Of a stretch of DNA of 35,426 nt, positions 1 through 8,966 are shown one piece after another. Below the pieces are notes generated by a model. That model had not been told where the DNA came from. It worked only from the letters and a program-made list of their open reading frames with translations, and did not search any database. A program made the position numbers and the translations under genes. The stretch's first letter is position 1. Each line of letters begins with the position of its first letter. The DNA lies in the IMG/VR virus record IMGVR_UViG_3300017743_000047, positions 1 to 35,426 of that record. One strand, 5' to 3'. The stretch is from a virus (taxonomy: Duplodnaviria > Caudoviricetes).

Positions 1-2540
1 GATAATATTAGTCCAGTTCCATACTTATAACCACACCCAAAGTTTTCATTTACTGCTGAACTACCTAATGCTACAATAGCTAAATCTCCAGCACCATTCC
101 AACCATCAGGTCCTTGAACATAAACATTATCATTCAATACTTCCAAATTGTAAGTGTGTCCTGATGCACTTGTTCCACCTATTAAGACATTACCTGGTGG
201 AGATAATAATAAATTTGTTGTGCTACCATCTAAGGTTAGGTAAGTAGTTTCTCCACCGCTTCCATCATCTGATTTAAGTATGATGTCTTTATCTGTTGTT
301 CCTTGCTGAATAATTAAATCTCCAGTTCCATTTTGTTCTATATAACTATTAGAGCCATCGTGATATAGTTTTAAATCAAGGTGTGTTCCAAGTTGTATTA
401 CAATATCATCTGCTAGTTTTATATTTTTATTAAACTCTGTTCTTCCTACACTACCATCTAATGTTAGGTAGGCAGTCATACCATCTGAACCATCGTCTGA
501 TTTTAATATTACATCTTTATCTGTAGCATCATTTTGAATAATTAAATCGCCAGTACTGTTCTCTATTTTAGTGTCTGTTCCATCGTGGAATAAAGCCAAA
601 TCATCGCCATCGCCAATCGTTAATTTTTGATTATCATTAGGAAGTCCAACTTCTCCTACTTCACTTCCATCAATTTTAATAGCAGTTATATTACTACCAT
701 TATCATTAACTTGAAGTCTTATATCTCCATCTTGAGTTGCATTTTTAAGATAGGCAGTAACTGTATCAACATAAATTTTAAAATCTTCACTATCGCCCCA
801 TCTCATTTCCAAATTATCGCCAAGTAGTTTTAAATCTGTTCCATCAAAAGTAAGATTGGCTTCTGCATCTAATTCTGTTGTAGTAGAACCTATTGTTACC
901 AATTCATTTGCAGTAGCATTATTTACAGCTGTTATAGCCGCAGTAGGCGGTGTATCAAATGTTAATGTACCGCTACCATCTGTTTTCAAAAATTGTCCTG
1001 AAGAACCATCTGATGTTGGGAAACTATATGCTCCATTAAAGGTAATCTTACCAACTGCTGCCATATCAATATCAAAAGGTGTAATAGCGCTTGCTCCGTC
1101 GGTTCCTTTGATAGTAAAGTTTTTATCTGCTACTCCTAAAGTTAGTTCAAGATTGCCTGAGCTAGCATTAGCCATAGATAATAGTTGTTGGTTATTTAAA
1201 TAATAATGTATTTCATTAGCAGTTTCAAAATCTATTTTTGTTTCATTATCTTCTCCAATCTTAATATCTGTTGCTAATAAAGAAGTAATTCCTGTCTGCG
1301 CTGCGTCAACAGCAAAATCTATTGTGTTATCTGCATCTTGATAGGTAACAGTAATACCACTTTCAGTATTGCTTGACATCATAGCTCCTGCGGTATCTGA
1401 TATAAGCTCTGATAAAGTAGTTCCGTTTACAGTAATAGCATCTGCTTCCAAAGTACCATCAATGTCGGCGTCTCCTGAAATATCTAAACTACCTGCATCT
1501 AATTCTCCTGATAGTGTTATGTTTCTAAATGTGCCAATATCTTTATTGCTATCAACTACTACTCCCAAACTTCCAGTAACCGTACCTGCAGTTACTGCAT
1601 CTAAAACATTTAGTTCTTCTGGTGTTGCAGAGATTTGTGTTGTTGAAGCAGCTGCTAATACTGGTATAGTACCAGATACATTTGGTAAATTAATTGTTCT
1701 ATCTCCTGTTGGGTCAACAATAGATAAAGTAGTTTCGTGTGCATCTGCTGTAGCACCTTCAAATATAATAGCATTTGCTGCTTCCATAGTTACTGTGTCC
1801 ACAGTTGTTGTAGTACCAGCAACAGAAAGATTAGGAACTAATAACGTTCCTGTGCTTGGATTATATCGTAAAGCACCTGTATCGTCTAATAGTGCATTTG
1901 ATTCGTCATGAAATACAACTGGAAAGTTTGTGTTTGCTGTGCTATCTGATACTGTTGTAGTTGCAGCTAATGTTGCATTTGCTACTGTAACTCCTGCAAT
2001 AACTGTATTTAAAGCAGTTCCATTTACTGTAATCGCATCAGCTTCTAATGTTCCATCTATGTCCGCATCTCCACTAATATCTAATGTTGCTGCGTCTAAT
2101 TCTCCGCTAATAGTTATGTTTCTACCGCCAGTAATGTCTTTGTTTGAATCTGTTATAATAGCTTTACTTGCTATTACTGTTCCGTTTGTTATACCATCTA
2201 TAAGATTAATGTCTGCAGCGCTTGCTGTAACACCGTCAAGAATGTTTAGTTCTGCAGTCGTAGCTGTTACGCCATCTAATATATTTAATTCTGTTGCATT
2301 AGATGTGACACCATCAAGGATATTAAGTTCATCGCCCGTAGAAGTGATAGAAACACCAGCATACTCAAGCGCACCTGCTGAGGATATGTTAACAGCAGAA
2401 CTACTAATTTGTAGCACACTCTCTGTAGCTTCTCCGTCTGAGATAGTTCTTAATGTTCCATCAATTCCAGAATTACTATTAGATACCTGTAATAAATCCT
2501 TATAACTGTCTTTTATTCTTTGTCCTGTAAGCGTTGCCAT
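1..2540 (-). CDS. Tail fibre / receptor-binding protein (3' end runs off the window; >846 aa)
   Basis: Absent from the ORF track because it has no stop in the window. ATG at 2540 reads MATLTGQRIKDSYKDLLQVSNSNSG..., and the same frame reads ...CGYKYGTGLIL at base 3; no stop in the stretches translated. Rich in G/T/D/S/A, with ELNILDGVT repeats and duplicated modules. Confidence 0.85.
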   Translation of the reverse strand, partial: MATLTGQRIKDSYKDLLQVSNSNSGIDGTLRTISDGEATESVLQISSSAVNISSAGALEYAGVSITSTGDELNILDGVTSNATELNILDGVTATTAELNILDGVTASAADINLIDGITNGTVIASKAIITDSNKDITGGRNITISGELDAATLDISGDADIDGTLEADAITVNGTALNTVIAGVTVANATLAATTTVSDSTANTNFPVVFHDESNALLDDTGALRYNPSTGTLLVPNLSVAGTTTTVDTVTMEAANAIIFEGATADAHETTLSIVDPTGDRTINLPNVSGTIPVLAAASTTQISATPEELNVLDAVTAGTVTGSLGVVVDSNKDIGTFRNITLSGELDAGSLDISGDADIDGTLEADAITVNGTTLSELISDTAGAMMSSNTESGITVTYQDADNTIDFAVDAAQTGITSLLATDIKIGEDNETKIDFETANEIHYYLNNQQLLSMANASSGNLELTLGVADKNFTIKGTDGASAITPFDIDMAAVGKITFNGAYSFPTSDGSSGQFLKTDGSGTLTFDTPPTAAITAVNNATANELVTIGSTTTELDAEANLTFDGTDLKLLGDNLEMRWGDSEDFKIYVDTVTAYLKNATQDGDIRLQVNDNGSNITAIKIDGSEVGEVGLPNDNQKLTIGDGDDLALFHDGTDTKIENSTGDLIIQNDATDKDVILKSDDGSDGMTAYLTLDGSVGRTEFNKNIKLADDIVIQLGTHLDLKLYHDGSNSYIEQNGTGDLIIQQGTTDKDIILKSDDGSGGETTYLTLDGSTTNLLLSPPGNVLIGGTSASGHTYNLEVLNDNVYVQGPDGWNGAGDLAIVALGSSAVNENFGCGYKYGTGLIL
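2193..2330 (-). repeat. Four tandem 33-nt/11-aa repeats (ELNILDGVTxx) in the tail fibre
   Basis: Translation: ELNILDGVTSNAT-ELNILDGVTATTA-ELNILDGVTASAA-DINLIDG. The units are 13 codons (39 nt) counting spacers, with a conserved ELNILDG core and synonymous divergence. Confidence 0.8.
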
Positions 2541-2541
2541 A

Positions 2542-2991
2542 TTACCTCATATCCGCTGGTAGAACAGCTCTTGTACCGCCAGTTTTATCATTTTTCTTCA
2601 TACCAAATCTTCTAACAGCTTCCTTATAGTTAACCAAACATTGTTGAGCTGAAGCCATTCTTATTTGTGCTATAGCAGGCTCTGTTGCGCTAGAAGCCTG
2701 GTCCATCAATGCTTTTCCTTTTACATAATCAATTAAAGCTGGTTGTAATGTATTATCAATATCTATTGTTCCAGTAATAGATGTAAGCTTGTCTGGCTCA
2801 GAATAATAGGAGATTAATAATCCGTAAGTTATTGTATTTCCAGAACCCAGCTGTACAGGTTTTAGCCTTCCTTCTGCTGTGTTTGCAGTACTTCCATCTC
2901 CTTCAGTAGTCGCTATAGCTACCTTATCTCCTTCTATCCACCATACAAATGTATCAGCAGGGTCTTTAAAAGCGCTATCTATTGCTGCCAT
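2542..2991 (-). CDS. Virion protein; resembles the C-terminal half of a head-tail adaptor
   Basis: 149 aa. The pattern FVWWIEG...LLISYYSEPDKL...IDIDNTLQPALIDYVKGKAL resembles adaptor C-termini. Lies just upstream of the tail fibre. Confidence 0.55.
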   Translation of the reverse strand: MAAIDSAFKDPADTFVWWIEGDKVAIATTEGDGSTANTAEGRLKPVQLGSGNTITYGLLISYYSEPDKLTSITGTIDIDNTLQPALIDYVKGKALMDQASSATEPAIAQIRMASAQQCLVNYKEAVRRFGMKKNDKTGGTRAVLPADMR

Positions 2992-3296
2992 TATGTTGTC
3001 TCCGTTACTTTAATATCTTGATTTAATAATCTTGGTATCTTAATGTACTCTCCGTCAGAGTTTAAAATACTACATCTAAAAACTTTATTAACAGTTATAT
3101 CTCTATCGTCATTAAGACCGTACCAAAGTTGGTCGTGAGTTAATCCTGTTTTTGCATACTCTATTTTTGTTGTATACTTACCCATATCTATTAATGCTTC
3201 GTTAATCAGGCTTAATACATAGTTTTCTGAAACCCCAGGAACTGCCTGTTGTACTCTACTATATATTTCTTTTCCTGTAAATTCTATTGCAGCCAT
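2991..3296 (-). CDS. Virion protein; resembles the N-terminal half of a head-tail adaptor
   Basis: 101 aa. Helical N-terminus EIYSRVQQ...VLSLINEAL followed by a beta region. TAATG stop/start overlap with the next gene. Confidence 0.55.
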   Translation of the reverse strand: MAAIEFTGKEIYSRVQQAVPGVSENYVLSLINEALIDMGKYTTKIEYAKTGLTHDQLWYGLNDDRDITVNKVFRCSILNSDGEYIKIPRLLNQDIKVTETT

Positions 3297-3297
3297 T

Positions 3298-3513
3298 TTA
3301 TTCCTCCCATTCTATATTCATTAAATCCCAACTTGGGTTGCCATCTTCATAATTATCATAATCTGTTATAATTTCTCTAAAATCTGTGCTTGGCGCTATT
3401 GCTTGTTCAGTCCAAGAAGTAGAAGGTTGTTGACCGTCTTCTGACCAAGCTGTGCTAGTGCTTTGCTGAAATGTATTTTCTGTCCAAGTAGTTGTTACTC
3501 CTAAGGAAGGCAT
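3298..3513 (-). CDS. Small acidic Trp-repeat virion protein
   Basis: 71 aa with TTWTE / TAWSE / TSWTE / TDFRE repeats. TAATG-coupled to the upstream gene. Confidence 0.7.
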   Translation of the reverse strand: MPSLGVTTTWTENTFQQSTSTAWSEDGQQPSTSWTEQAIAPSTDFREIITDYDNYEDGNPSWDLMNIEWEE

Positions 3514-4757
3514 TATAATGCTCCTTGAAGAGTCTGTATTTCTTCTTTATATCTTGCTTCAACCATTTGATATTGCTGTCCATACCACTGATATTTTGCA
3601 GTGTCTTTTTGTAGGTTTGCACTATACTCTTGAACTTCATCATTTACTTGAGCAGAATATTTTCCTAGTTCTGCATTAAATTTTTGTAATAAATCATCAT
3701 TGTTTTGAATTGCAGCTGCCATAGTTTGTGCTGAATTTTGCAATGCTAATACTTGGTCAGCAGCTTTATTAGCTAAATCAACCTGCGTTGCTTGCTGTGC
3801 TTCTTGTTGGGCATCTGCTGCATCTAGCTGTGCTTGTGTTATTGCTTTTTGTAAATCAGAATTATGTTTTTGGGTTTCAGCTTGTACGTTCGCTTGATAT
3901 CTAGCATTTTCTTTATTAAATTCATTGAGCTCGTTTTGTATATCTGCTTGATATTCTCCAAGTTCATGATTTACTCTTCCAAGTTGAATCTGTGCTAGCT
4001 CTGTATCTTCATCTGTTTCTAAAAATGTTTCAAACTGACTTATGTCAAAAGTTTGTGTTGGCTTTGAATAAGTAGGAACATCTCCAGAAATATCTGATTT
4101 TGCTACGGTAGCAACTGTTATAGCTCCTACTGCAGTAGCACTTGCATCTGCATTTGTTGCGTTGCTATAGCTTACTGTAGCTAAACTAGGTGCACCTGGA
4201 GCACTTACGCTTACAGTTAAAGCCCCTATAGCATTCATATTGTTCATCAATCTTTGTAAAGCATTTCTACTAGCGTATAATACAACTGCGTGTTCTGCTT
4301 CGTCAGGAAAGTTAGATATACCACTTACTCCATCTCCATGAGCTACAGTAATTGAAGTATCTATACTAACAACTCTACTATCATTTGATTGATTACTACC
4401 AGGATATGTATTTAAAACATCTCCTTGGATAATATACGCTGGGTCGCTTTCTGATGCAGCTTCCATATAACTTGAATCGCTAACTCTTCCCATTAAAGCC
4501 GAACTAAGCTTTCTGCAGGGCATAAAAGCCTTGCTAGAATGATTATTATCTCTTCTTACCACTGATATAATTTTCTTTCCCTCTACATCAACAGAGTTTG
4601 TAAAAGATGTATTTGTTGCTATTCTTTCTAGTTTGTTAAATGGAAGTATATTTAAAACAGCACGAGCACCCGCTGTTAGCCAGTCAGATAAAGCATCATC
4701 TTCAGTGCTTCCAAAACCTGTTAATGCGTCTACTTGATTTTTAAATGTTTCAGCCAT
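3513..4757 (-). CDS. Adaptor-like virion protein with long Gln/Ala-rich coiled coil
   Basis: 414 aa. N-terminal DWLTAGARAVLNILP...FPDEAEHAVVLYAS, then heptad-rich QNELNEFNKENARYQA segments. Sits in the structural operon. Confidence 0.6.
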   Translation of the reverse strand: MAETFKNQVDALTGFGSTEDDALSDWLTAGARAVLNILPFNKLERIATNTSFTNSVDVEGKKIISVVRRDNNHSSKAFMPCRKLSSALMGRVSDSSYMEAASESDPAYIIQGDVLNTYPGSNQSNDSRVVSIDTSITVAHGDGVSGISNFPDEAEHAVVLYASRNALQRLMNNMNAIGALTVSVSAPGAPSLATVSYSNATNADASATAVGAITVATVAKSDISGDVPTYSKPTQTFDISQFETFLETDEDTELAQIQLGRVNHELGEYQADIQNELNEFNKENARYQANVQAETQKHNSDLQKAITQAQLDAADAQQEAQQATQVDLANKAADQVLALQNSAQTMAAAIQNNDDLLQKFNAELGKYSAQVNDEVQEYSANLQKDTAKYQWYGQQYQMVEARYKEEIQTLQGAL

Positions 4758-4900
4758 TATCTACCTTGTCCTCTATATGGTTTTATATAATTTTTTGTAC
4801 TCATCTTATTTCCCATCTTAGTATTTTTACTCATACCTTGTCTAGTTTTTTTCTTCCCGTTAGTTCTTCTAACTTGAGTTCCAAATGCTGGTCTTCTCAT
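4757..4900 (-). CDS. 47-aa basic micro-protein (KKTRQG...YRGQGR type)
   Basis: Hand translation: MRRPAFGTQVRRTNGKKKTRQGMSKNTKMGNKMSTKNYIKPYRGQGR. ATGA overlap upstream and TAATG overlap downstream. Confidence 0.8.
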   Translation of the reverse strand: MRRPAFGTQVRRTNGKKKTRQGMSKNTKMGNKMSTKNYIKPYRGQGR

Positions 4901-5169
4901 TTCTTCTTCTTTCTTCTAGCAAAAGTTCTTACATTGGTTGGTTTACCGCCAACTCCTTGTTTCTTTGCTCTCTTTCTTCTTACTGCGCTCTTTTTCTGTG
5001 AGGCGCTCATTCTAGCAGCTTTAGCAGCAGGAACACACTTAGGGTATTTTCTTTTACTTCCCTTAGCTTTTTTACGTCCACACTTTTTGTGACCTCCGCC
5101 TTTTTTCTTAGAACCGATATCAACCCAGTTCTCACTAAACCACTTTTTTAACCCGCCTCTGTAAGCCAT
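4897..5169 (-). CDS. 90-aa Lys/Arg-rich protein (GLKKWFxExWVD...YPKCVP type)
   Basis: In the ORF track. Very basic, coupled to neighbours at both ends. Confidence 0.85.
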   Translation of the reverse strand: MAYRGGLKKWFSENWVDIGSKKKGGGHKKCGRKKAKGSKRKYPKCVPAAKAARMSASQKKSAVRRKRAKKQGVGGKPTNVRTFARRKKKK

Positions 5170-5333
5170 TAGTTATACTTACCGCCACGCTTTTTGTACT
5201 CTCTTACCAACCAAGAATTAGCATAAGCAGAAGGATAAACAGCAAACTTCTTTTTAGCCGCTGCTTTTACTCTACTGTACAAAGAAGGGTTAGATGGAGT
5301 TGGTCTACCGCCATTACTTTTTTTCTTAGCCAT
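5169..5333 (-). CDS. 54-aa basic protein, DUF5872-like by recall
   Basis: Hand translation: MAKKKSNGGRPTPSNPSLYSRVKAAAKKKFAVYPSAYANSWLVREYKKRGGKYN. TAATG overlaps at both ends. Confidence 0.85.
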   Translation of the reverse strand: MAKKKSNGGRPTPSNPSLYSRVKAAAKKKFAVYPSAYANSWLVREYKKRGGKYN

Positions 5334-5482
5334 TATTTACCTCTATGTGTTTTTACCACAGGTAAGTTCATAGTCAAAGAAGAACCTTTGTGTTTTTTAT
5401 ATCCACCTACAGGGTTTTTCATTAAAGATGTTTTCTTACCTTTTTTCATAAAATGATACCCTTTTGGAGCTTTAATCTTCAT
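5333..5482 (-). CDS. 49-aa basic micro-protein
   Basis: Hand translation: MKIKAPKGYHFMKKGKKTSLMKNPVGGYKKHKGSSLTMNLPVVKTHRGK. TAATG overlaps at both ends. Confidence 0.8.
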   Translation of the reverse strand: MKIKAPKGYHFMKKGKKTSLMKNPVGGYKKHKGSSLTMNLPVVKTHRGK

Positions 5483-5562
5483 TAGTATCTCATACCTTTA
5501 GATTTCTTAGCTTTCTTCTTTACTACTTTTTTCTTTTTCTTTACTATTTTTTTCATCTTCAT
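5482..5562 (-). CDS. 26-aa poly-lysine peptide
   Basis: Hand translation: MKMKKIVKKKKKVVKKKAKKSKGMRY. Exactly fills the gap, with TAATG overlaps at both ends. Confidence 0.75.
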   Translation of the reverse strand: MKMKKIVKKKKKVVKKKAKKSKGMRY

Positions 5563-5807
5563 TATAGTATCCTTTGTTTTGGCCCCTTCATAGATGTTTT
5601 AGCTGCTCCTTCTTGAAGCTTCTTAACACCTTCTTCATGAGACAGTGTTCTTATTTCCATTTGGTCTTTTCTAATAGCTGTTGCATAGGGATTGTTTTCC
5701 CTAACAACAAAGTTAGTATTCCATCTAGGTGCTGCCGCTCTTTGACCACAAGAAGGGCAATTAAACATTCCTTCTGGATTTGGCTTATCGCAATGTTGAC
5801 AATTCAT
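5562..5807 (-). CDS. Zinc-ribbon protein
   Basis: 81 aa with CQHC...CPSCG at the N-terminus. Confidence 0.8.
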   Translation of the reverse strand: MNCQHCDKPNPEGMFNCPSCGQRAAAPRWNTNFVVRENNPYATAIRKDQMEIRTLSHEEGVKKLQEGAAKTSMKGPKQRIL

Positions 5808-5810
5808 CTA

Positions 5811-6008
5811 TTATCCAGTTGAAACTACTATATATGCAACTCTACTTCTATCAAGCTTTACTGCTTGTATATCAACAATAGCATTGTTAGTGCTATCTAA
5901 AGTTTGAATGTAATCATTGATTTCTTTTGCTAAAGAACCTGATACATCACTAGCTGCTGGACTAATGTCATTAATAATTACTTTTGTAATTGTATTATAT
6001 GCTGCCAT
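5811..6008 (-). CDS. Hypothetical (probable virion) protein
   Basis: 65 aa, preceded by an AGGAG Shine-Dalgarno (SD) sequence. Confidence 0.75.
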   Translation of the reverse strand: MAAYNTITKVIINDISPAASDVSGSLAKEINDYIQTLDSTNNAIVDIQAVKLDRSRVAYIVVSTG

Positions 6009-6020
6009 TTTATTCTCCTA

Positions 6021-6236
6021 TTATTTTTTATAAACTTTTTCTGCTCCAGATATACCAAAGCTACCTAATGTTACCCAAACAAATGAATTGTAAATATAGT
6101 CATTTACTAGTAACTCAATTCCAATAATACCCATCGTTAAATCTACCATACCAAAAACACACATAAGTGCAAACGATAAAAACCCGATGATGTTCTTTTC
6201 GTTGTATTCATTTTTATCTTTAAATAATTCTAACAT
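6021..6236 (-). CDS. Two-TM membrane protein, holin-like
   Basis: 71 aa. Hydrophobic segments IIGFLSFALMCVFGMV and FVWVTLGSFGISGA, basic EKVYKK end, AAGGA SD. Confidence 0.55.
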   Translation of the reverse strand: MLELFKDKNEYNEKNIIGFLSFALMCVFGMVDLTMGIIGIELLVNDYIYNSFVWVTLGSFGISGAEKVYKK

Positions 6237-6248
6237 ATTTTTTCCTTT

Positions 6249-6315
6249 TTGGATTTCGGGACTACTCTTTTATTGAATAGTCCCACAGTTCCAATACTGC
6301 TACCCTATTAAGGGT
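6249..6315 (-). promoter_or_regulatory. Structured intergenic RNA element after the capsid genes
   Basis: Minus strand: ACCCU-UAAU-AGGGU hairpin, then UUGGA/UCCAA closing a 10-bp stem GGGACUAUUC/GAGUAGUCCC. Its U-G pair forms only on the minus strand. No U-tract follows. Confidence 0.55.
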
Positions 6316-6329
6316 TATGGTTATTACTA

Positions 6330-6791
6330 TTAACCAGCTGCTGTAGCGAACGGACATTCACTTGCATCAGCAACGAATCCGTTTACATACCATCTTGAGC
6401 CGTCACTAAAGATATCAAATCTATCTCCAGGTGTAGCGGCTGCAGAACATGCGATGAAATCATCGTTGTTCACAGCTATGTCTCCTGCATCTCCATCAAC
6501 AGCGTAAGTTTGACCTACGATGTCGTTACCAGAACCAAAATCAATATTAACTTTTTGGTCCATACCAGTATCGCTACCGTCTGTGTCCTCAGTTAATACA
6601 ATTTTAACATTCCAACCTGGTTCTATCGATGATAGAGCAGGAAGGTCAATTTCTGTAGTTGCAGTTGGGTTTACCAATACTAAAGAGCCACTATGTTTTG
6701 CTTCCAACGCAATGTCTTCAACAACTTTAAGTACCTTTACTAAATGATTAGCAACACCACTGTTATTATTAATGTAATTAGCTTTACCCAT
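6330..6791 (-). CDS. Capsid-associated (decoration/head fibre-like) protein
   Basis: 153 aa directly after the major capsid gene. Beta-rich SGSLVLV...IDLP...GW...GDRFDIFSDGSRWYVNG pattern. Confidence 0.6.
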   Translation of the reverse strand: MGKANYINNNSGVANHLVKVLKVVEDIALEAKHSGSLVLVNPTATTEIDLPALSSIEPGWNVKIVLTEDTDGSDTGMDQKVNIDFGSGNDIVGQTYAVDGDAGDIAVNNDDFIACSAAATPGDRFDIFSDGSRWYVNGFVADASECPFATAAG

Positions 6792-6792
6792 T

Positions 6793-8163
6793 TTATAATC
6801 CCTCCACGTTAAATAGAGCGTGAGATTCAGGTAATGTAATTTCTAGACCAGCTTCAGTTAGAATCATGTCTTTTCTTAAATCTTCATCTGCACTTTGTAC
6901 ATTTGTCATGATTTGAGTGTCACGATTAATACCGTTACCAACTAATGGTCTGTATGCTAACTGACTCATGTCAGCCATCATCATCATTCCACTAGCAATA
7001 CCTCTAAATAGAGGTTGTTTTACTAGAAATAAGCTTCCATGCACAGTGTTAATTTCCATTAACTTGTGTCCGAATGCTCCTTCTACATTATCCATATTAA
7101 CTCTGTAAGGACCATTTGCATGTCCAACAGAAGCATCAATGAATGCACCGTCGCCCATCTTGTTAAAGAATGAGATTACTGGTAAAGAAGCCATAACAAG
7201 CTTTTCGCTTGCTCCGCCTCTTGCTGGGTCAAATATAACTTCCAAGTCTGATAGCAATCTATCGTATGTTAACTCAGCAGTTGTACAGCTTCTGTAATAT
7301 CCTTTTCCTGAAGAATAAGATAATGCAGAATCGTCTGTTACTGGAGTAACATTCTTTAGAATGTTTCCTACTAGACCTTCAGTATACTGAACGCCATTTA
7401 CGCGAGCTTTTTGACCGAAAAGCATAGCTCTTTCAATGTCAATTTTATGTTCACGTAGTTTTTGAGCCCAAATTCTATCGAACTCGTTAGCATAGCCACG
7501 ATGACGTGTTGCTATTGCTGTATTAGTTAATTCACAAGCTGTTTTAAAGATTTGTGTAAAACCGAATCCATCATCTAATGTATCACTAAATGTATCTGGA
7601 GATGCTGTTCCTTCTTCAAATGATGTACCAATAATTTGGCAAGCATCGTTGTCAGAAATTACATTATATCCAGAAGTAGTTACATCAGAAAGCTCTACAA
7701 CTCTACCTTGGAAGGTAGTAGCTGCTGAAGCTGCTAATGGAGCTGATTCAACTCTTACTAACGCTTGAGAGTAACCTGCTGCTGTGTCAAGCACTGATAC
7801 TGCAAAAACCATTCCTTTGGTAAGGAATTTAATTGCTGCACCTGCGCCATCATCAACTGTAAAGTCATAAACACTTCCTGCCGTTACTGCACTGCCGCCG
7901 TTTACTGCCGCCGCTAAGTTAAATGTTCTTGCAGTGTAGTTGATTTGAGTTCTGTTTTCAAGAAAACGGAACTGATTATCATCTGTTGCTACTTTAGAAA
8001 CATTACTTAGGTAGGTAAAAAACGGTGACTCTTCTGGTGTTAGTTCAGCAACCCTATCAGAGAAATCATATAGTTTTCTCTGGTCAGGGGCTTGTCCGTA
8101 ACCAGCCGAGCTAGCAGCTGCTGTAATGTTGGAAGCTTTTAATGTTCCTTCATTTATAGCCAT
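6793..8163 (-). CDS. Major capsid protein (SU10/DUF5309-like)
   Basis: 456 aa. Motifs PEESPF, FEEG, FTQIF and KLREHKIDIERAMLFG. Follows portal and scaffold; AGGAG SD. Confidence 0.9.
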   Translation of the reverse strand: MAINEGTLKASNITAAASSAGYGQAPDQRKLYDFSDRVAELTPEESPFFTYLSNVSKVATDDNQFRFLENRTQINYTARTFNLAAAVNGGSAVTAGSVYDFTVDDGAGAAIKFLTKGMVFAVSVLDTAAGYSQALVRVESAPLAASAATTFQGRVVELSDVTTSGYNVISDNDACQIIGTSFEEGTASPDTFSDTLDDGFGFTQIFKTACELTNTAIATRHRGYANEFDRIWAQKLREHKIDIERAMLFGQKARVNGVQYTEGLVGNILKNVTPVTDDSALSYSSGKGYYRSCTTAELTYDRLLSDLEVIFDPARGGASEKLVMASLPVISFFNKMGDGAFIDASVGHANGPYRVNMDNVEGAFGHKLMEINTVHGSLFLVKQPLFRGIASGMMMMADMSQLAYRPLVGNGINRDTQIMTNVQSADEDLRKDMILTEAGLEITLPESHALFNVEGL

Positions 8164-8180
8164 TTTAGTCTCCTAAATTG

Positions 8181-8942
8181 TTACTTGACTAATCTTCCGC
8201 CGCGACTGGTATTCATAATTCTATCCCAAACCTGGTCTCCTTCTGAGGCTTGTGGCTGTTCGCCGCCTTGAAGTACTCCAGCTGGTTTAGGAATTGATTT
8301 AGTTTTTTTCACCGCTTCCAGGTTTTCACTCTTTTTAGGAGATTTTCCTGAACCTTCTTTCCACACTTTAATTAAGGTTTCAATAGGTAAGTTAGCTTTA
8401 GGAGTTGTTGCAAATTGTAAAAACTTCTCTGCATCTTCTTGTCCTAAATTGTGTTTACTTACTAATTCTGTTTTTAAATTATTGAATGCCATATCTTGCT
8501 TAAGTCTAGCCAATTCGTTATCTACTGTCTCATGTACAAGCTTTTTCTCATTACTTACTCTAAATTTGTAAGATTCAGATTCTGGCTTGTAGTAGGCATC
8601 CCAAGGGTCAAAGTTATCTGGGGTTGTACTTCCCGCAGCATTTTTGCCCTCAACTGATTCTCCAGCAAGACTTTTTTCAATTACGTCTACAAGTTCAGGT
8701 CTAGAGTTTAAAGTATCTTTTAATGCAAGTAAGTCTTGCGACTCTCTTGCAAGATGCTCATGCTCTACTGTTTTCTTGTCGTACATTGATTGAAACTTTT
8801 TAGCTTCTTGTTCCCAATCTACAGATTCAGATGCTTCCACACCTTCTTCTACGGCTTCTTCTTGCAATGAAACTGTTGGTTCCACCACAGAGTCTACAAT
8901 TGGGTCTTGCTTTTCAACCTGTTGTTGTTCTTCTTTTGCCAT
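8181..8942 (-). CDS. Capsid scaffolding protein
   Basis: 253 aa, acidic and coiled-coil (AKKFQSMYDK), located between portal and capsid genes. Confidence 0.75.
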   Translation of the reverse strand: MAKEEQQQVEKQDPIVDSVVEPTVSLQEEAVEEGVEASESVDWEQEAKKFQSMYDKKTVEHEHLARESQDLLALKDTLNSRPELVDVIEKSLAGESVEGKNAAGSTTPDNFDPWDAYYKPESESYKFRVSNEKKLVHETVDNELARLKQDMAFNNLKTELVSKHNLGQEDAEKFLQFATTPKANLPIETLIKVWKEGSGKSPKKSENLEAVKKTKSIPKPAGVLQGGEQPQASEGDQVWDRIMNTSRGGRLVK

Positions 8943-8966
8943 TTTTTTCTCCTCTCCTGATTTAGC

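Noticed and set aside
627-2505. Four plus-strand ORFs in the track (627, 856, 1369, 1930)
   Set aside because: Antisense shadows of the continuous minus-strand tail fibre frame.
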